A stretch of DNA of 4,270 bases from a virus (lineage: Duplodnaviria; Heunggongvirae; Uroviricota; Caudoviricetes): the IMG/VR virus record IMGVR_UViG_3300029167_000033; one strand, written 5' to 3'. Position numbers and translations under genes: made by a program. Below, piece by piece: positions 1 to 4,270 of this stretch. The notes under the pieces are model-generated. The model was given only the letters and a program-made list of their open reading frames with translations. It was not told the DNA's origin and searched no databases. Within the stretch, counting starts at the first letter, position 1. Each line of letters starts with the position of its first letter.

Positions 1-620
1 ATCTGACAGAGGTCGGTGGTGAACGTTATTTTTTCTGTAATGAGCAGAACGAAAAAGGTGAGCCGGTTACCTGGCAGGGGCGGCAGTATCAGGCATACCC
101 CATTCAGGGGACGGGATTTGAACTGAACGGCAAGGGCAGTGCTGCCCGTCCGACACTGACGGTTTCTAACCTGCACGGAATGGTCACCGGGATGGCGGAA
201 GACCTGCAGAGTCTGGTCGGCGGAACGGTGGTCAGGCGTAAGGTTTACGCCCGTTTTCTGGATGCGGTGAACTTCGTCAACGGAAACAGTGACGCCGATC
301 CGGAGCAGGAGGTGATCAGCCGCTGGCGCATCGAGCAGTGCAGCGAACTGAGCGCGGTCAGTGCCTCTTTTGTACTGTCCACGCCGACGGAAACGGACGG
401 TGCTGTTTTTCCGGGGCGCATCATGCTGGCTAATACCTGCACCTGGACCTATCGCGGTGATGAGTGCGGTTATCACGGTCCGGCGGTCGCGGATGAATAT
501 GACCAGCCGACGTCCGATATCACGAAGGATAAATGCAGCAAATGCCTGAGTGGTTGTAAGTTTCGCAATAACGTCGGCAACTTTGGCGGCTTCCTTTCCA
601 TTAACAAACTTTCGCAGTGA
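1..620 (+). CDS. L: Phage minor tail protein L (tail tip), 5'-truncated by the window edge; Cys-rich C-terminus
   Basis: Open frame 3 runs from the window start (first full codon at 3) to TGA at 618-620 with no stop. The translation (LTEVGGERYFFCNEQNEKGEPVTWQGRQYQ...MVTGMAEDLQSLVGGTVVRRKVYARFLDAVNFVNG...CSKCLSGCKFRNNVGNFGGFLSINKLSQ) matches my recollection of lambda gpL almost residue for residue. The track ORF 180..620 is only the Met-initiated tail of this frame. Confidence 0.95.
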   Translation, partial: LTEVGGERYFFCNEQNEKGEPVTWQGRQYQAYPIQGTGFELNGKGSAARPTLTVSNLHGMVTGMAEDLQSLVGGTVVRRKVYARFLDAVNFVNGNSDADPEQEVISRWRIEQCSELSAVSASFVLSTPTETDGAVFPGRIMLANTCTWTYRGDECGYHGPAVADEYDQPTSDITKDKCSKCLSGCKFRNNVGNFGGFLSINKLSQ

Positions 621-625
621 ATCCC

Positions 626-1369
626 ATGACAGAGACAGAATCAGCGATTCTGGCGCACGCCCGGCGATGTGCGCCAGCGGAGTCGTGCGGCTTCGTGGTG
701 AGAACACCGGAGGGGGAAAGATATTTTCCCTGCGTGAATATCTCCGGTGAGCCGGAGGAGTATTTCCGGATGTCGCCGGAGGACTGGCTGCGGGCAGAGA
801 TGCAGGGTGAGATTGTGGCGCTGGTCCACAGCCACCCCGGTGGTATGCCCTGGCTGAGTGAGACCGACCGGCGGCTGCAGGTGCAGAGTGATTTGCCGTG
901 GTGGCTGGTTTGCCGGGGAGCGATTCACAAGTTCCGCTGTGTGCCACATCTTTCCGGGCGGCGCTTTGAGCACGGGGTGACGGACTGTTACACGCTGTTC
1001 CGGGATGCTTACCATCTGGCGGGGATTGAGATGCCGGATTTTACGCGGGAGGATGACTGGTGGCGTAACGGTCAGAATCTCTATCTGGATAATCTGGAGG
1101 CCACAGGGCTGTATCAGGTGCCGTTGTCAGCGGCGCAGCCGGGCGATGTGCTGCTGTGCTGTTTTGGTTCATCGGTGCCGAATCATGCCGCCATTTACTG
1201 TGGTGACAGCGAGCTGCTGCACCATATTCCTGAACAACTGAGCAAACGAGAGAGGTACACCGACAAATGGCAGCGACGCACACACTCCCTCTGGCGTCAC
1301 CGGGCATGGCACGCATCTGCCTTTACGGGGATTTACAACGATTTGGCCGCCGCATCGACCTTCGAGTGA
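626..1369 (+). CDS. K: Tail assembly protein K; N-terminal JAMM/MPN (JAB) metallopeptidase-like domain plus C-terminal NlpC/P60 (C40) cysteine peptidase domain
   Basis: ORF in frame 2 ending at TGA 1367-1369. JAMM signature H-x-H-x7-S-x2-D is read directly as HSHPGGMPWLSETD (nt 827-868). NlpC/P60-like Cys in VTDCYTLF (tgt 986-988) and His in PNHAAIY (cat 1184-1186). Start chosen at ATG 626 (MTETESAIL...), 5 nt after the L stop; alternatives are GTG 617 (overlaps the L stop as GTGA) and ATG 770 (the start I recall being annotated in lambda, 199 aa, preceded by GGAGGAG). The 3' end is firm, the 5' end is uncertain. Confidence 0.88.
   Translation: MTETESAILAHARRCAPAESCGFVVRTPEGERYFPCVNISGEPEEYFRMSPEDWLRAEMQGEIVALVHSHPGGMPWLSETDRRLQVQSDLPWWLVCRGAIHKFRCVPHLSGRRFEHGVTDCYTLFRDAYHLAGIEMPDFTREDDWWRNGQNLYLDNLEATGLYQVPLSAAQPGDVLLCCFGSSVPNHAAIYCGDSELLHHIPEQLSKRERYTDKWQRRTHSLWRHRAWHASAFTGIYNDLAAASTFE
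754..760 (+). promoter_or_regulatory. Internal Shine-Dalgarno-like GGAGGAG preceding the in-frame ATG 770 within K
   Basis: GGAGGAG at 754-760, 9 nt upstream of the in-frame ATG at 770 (MSPEDWL...). It could drive an internal or alternative initiation giving a 199-aa product; it is also simply coding sequence (PEE) of the longer K frame. Confidence 0.4.
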
Positions 1370-1908
1370 AAACGGGGTCCGAAGCCATCCGGGCGCTGGC
1401 CATGCAGATCCCGGCGTTTCGTCAGAAACTGAGCGACGGCTGGTATCAGGTACGGATTGCCGGGCGTGATGCCGGTGAAACGGAATTATCAGCCCGTCTT
1501 AATGAACCGCTGGCAAATGGTGCTGTGATCCATATCGTGCCGCGTCTGGCAGGAGCCAAAAGTGGCGGTGTGTTTCAGGCTGTGCTGGGGGCGGCTGTTA
1601 TGGCGGTTGCTATATGGATGCCGGGGGTAGGAATTATGGCGAGTAATCTGCTGTTTTCTCTCGGTGCCAGTATGACGCTTGGCGGTGTTGCACAGATGCT
1701 GGCCCCTAAACCCAAAACTCCCCGCACACAGACAACGGATAACGGCAAACAGAACACCTATTTTTCTTCACTGGATAATATGGTTGCCCAGGGCAATGTT
1801 CTGCCCGTTCTGTACGGTGAAATGCGCGTGGGATCACGTGTGGTATCTCAGGAGATCAGCACAGCAGATGAAGGTGATGGTGGTCAGGTTGTGGTGATTG
1901 GTCGCTGA
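1267..1908 (+). CDS. I: Tail assembly protein I; N-terminal ubiquitin-like domain, diglycine, then hydrophobic Gly/Ala-rich segment
   Basis: ATG 1267 to TGA 1906-1908 in frame 1, 213 aa. The translation (MAATHTLPLASPGMARICLYGDLQRFGRRIDLRVKTGSEAIRALA...NGKQNTYFSSLDNMVAQGNVLPVLYGEMRVGSRVVSQEISTADEGDGGQVVVIGR) matches my recollection of lambda gpI. AGAGG at 1251-1255 is a possible SD, 11 nt upstream. The gene overlaps the 3' end of K by 103 nt in a different frame, as I recall for lambda. Confidence 0.93.
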   Translation: MAATHTLPLASPGMARICLYGDLQRFGRRIDLRVKTGSEAIRALAMQIPAFRQKLSDGWYQVRIAGRDAGETELSARLNEPLANGAVIHIVPRLAGAKSGGVFQAVLGAAVMAVAIWMPGVGIMASNLLFSLGASMTLGGVAQMLAPKPKTPRTQTTDNGKQNTYFSSLDNMVAQGNVLPVLYGEMRVGSRVVSQEISTADEGDGGQVVVIGR

Positions 1909-1926
1909 TGAAAAACGTTTTATGTG

Positions 1927-1947
1927 AAACCGCCTGCGGGCGGTTTT
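1927..1947 (+). other. Perfect 8-bp stem / 4-nt loop hairpin in the I-J intergenic spacer, followed by a T-rich tract
   Basis: AAACCGCC (1927-1934), loop TGCG (1935-1938), GGCGGTTT (1939-1946), then T at 1947 and ATCGTTTA. The stem is fully complementary; the GC core is 5 bp. It sits between the I stop (1908) and the J SD (1957). Confidence 0.4.
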
Positions 1948-1956
1948 ATCGTTTAT

Positions 1957-1960
1957 GGAG
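1957..1960 (+). promoter_or_regulatory. Shine-Dalgarno (GGAG) for J
   Basis: GGAG at 1957-1960, with an 8-nt spacer to the J ATG at 1969. Confidence 0.7.
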
Positions 1961-1965
1961 CATGA

Positions 1966-4270
<2,305 letters not shown>

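Noticed and set aside
245-750. Alternative-frame ORFs 245..442 (-), 361..549 (+) and 550..750 (+) overlapping L and the start of K
   Set aside because: They are out of frame with, or antisense to, frames whose translations match gpL and gpK. No independent coding signal.
641-1316. Reverse-strand ORFs 641..1015 (124 aa) and 1041..1316 (91 aa) opposite K
   Set aside because: Antisense to the K coding frame, whose translation carries clear JAMM and NlpC/P60 motifs. The antisense translations are Pro/Arg-rich and low-complexity.
1005-1897. Alternative-frame ORFs 1005..1241 (+), 1575..1757 (-) and 1679..1897 (+) within K and I
   Set aside because: They are embedded in the K and I coding frames. 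The translations are Cys/Arg/Trp-rich, typical of off-frame reading of GC-rich genes. None corresponds to the genuine K/I overlap, which involves the assigned frames only.
1927-1947. Calling the I-J hairpin a bona fide rho-independent terminator
   Set aside because: The GC core of the stem is only 5 bp and the T-run is largely part of the stem rather than a trailing U-tract. J must be expressed from the upstream late transcript, so full termination is unlikely. It is kept as a generic stem-loop of uncertain function.

Overview
This window is a contiguous, same-strand (+) block of a lambda-like (lambdoid siphovirus or prophage) tail-tip assembly module, colinear with phage lambda genes L-K-I-J. 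It holds the 3' part of L (minor tail protein, Cys-rich C-terminus), K (two-domain JAMM/MPN + NlpC/P60 peptidase), I (ubiquitin-like tail assembly protein) and the first ~767 codons of J (central tail fibre / host specificity protein). The assignments rest on my recall of the lambda protein sequences, to which the translated ORFs look near-identical over long stretches, not on a database search. Gene packing is tight: L and K are separated by 5 nt, K and I overlap by 103 nt out of frame, and I and J are separated by 60 nt containing a hairpin. I see no tRNA/rRNA, CRISPR array, IS element or inserted cargo gene. I do not find support for a previously undescribed system here; this is a well-characterised structural module. 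The points worth a second look are the K start-site ambiguity, the K/I dual-coding overlap, the Ubl-GG-hydrophobic architecture of I next to a JAMM peptidase, and the I-J intergenic hairpin. All other ORFs in the six-frame track are embedded in or antisense to these four genes and are treated as spurious.
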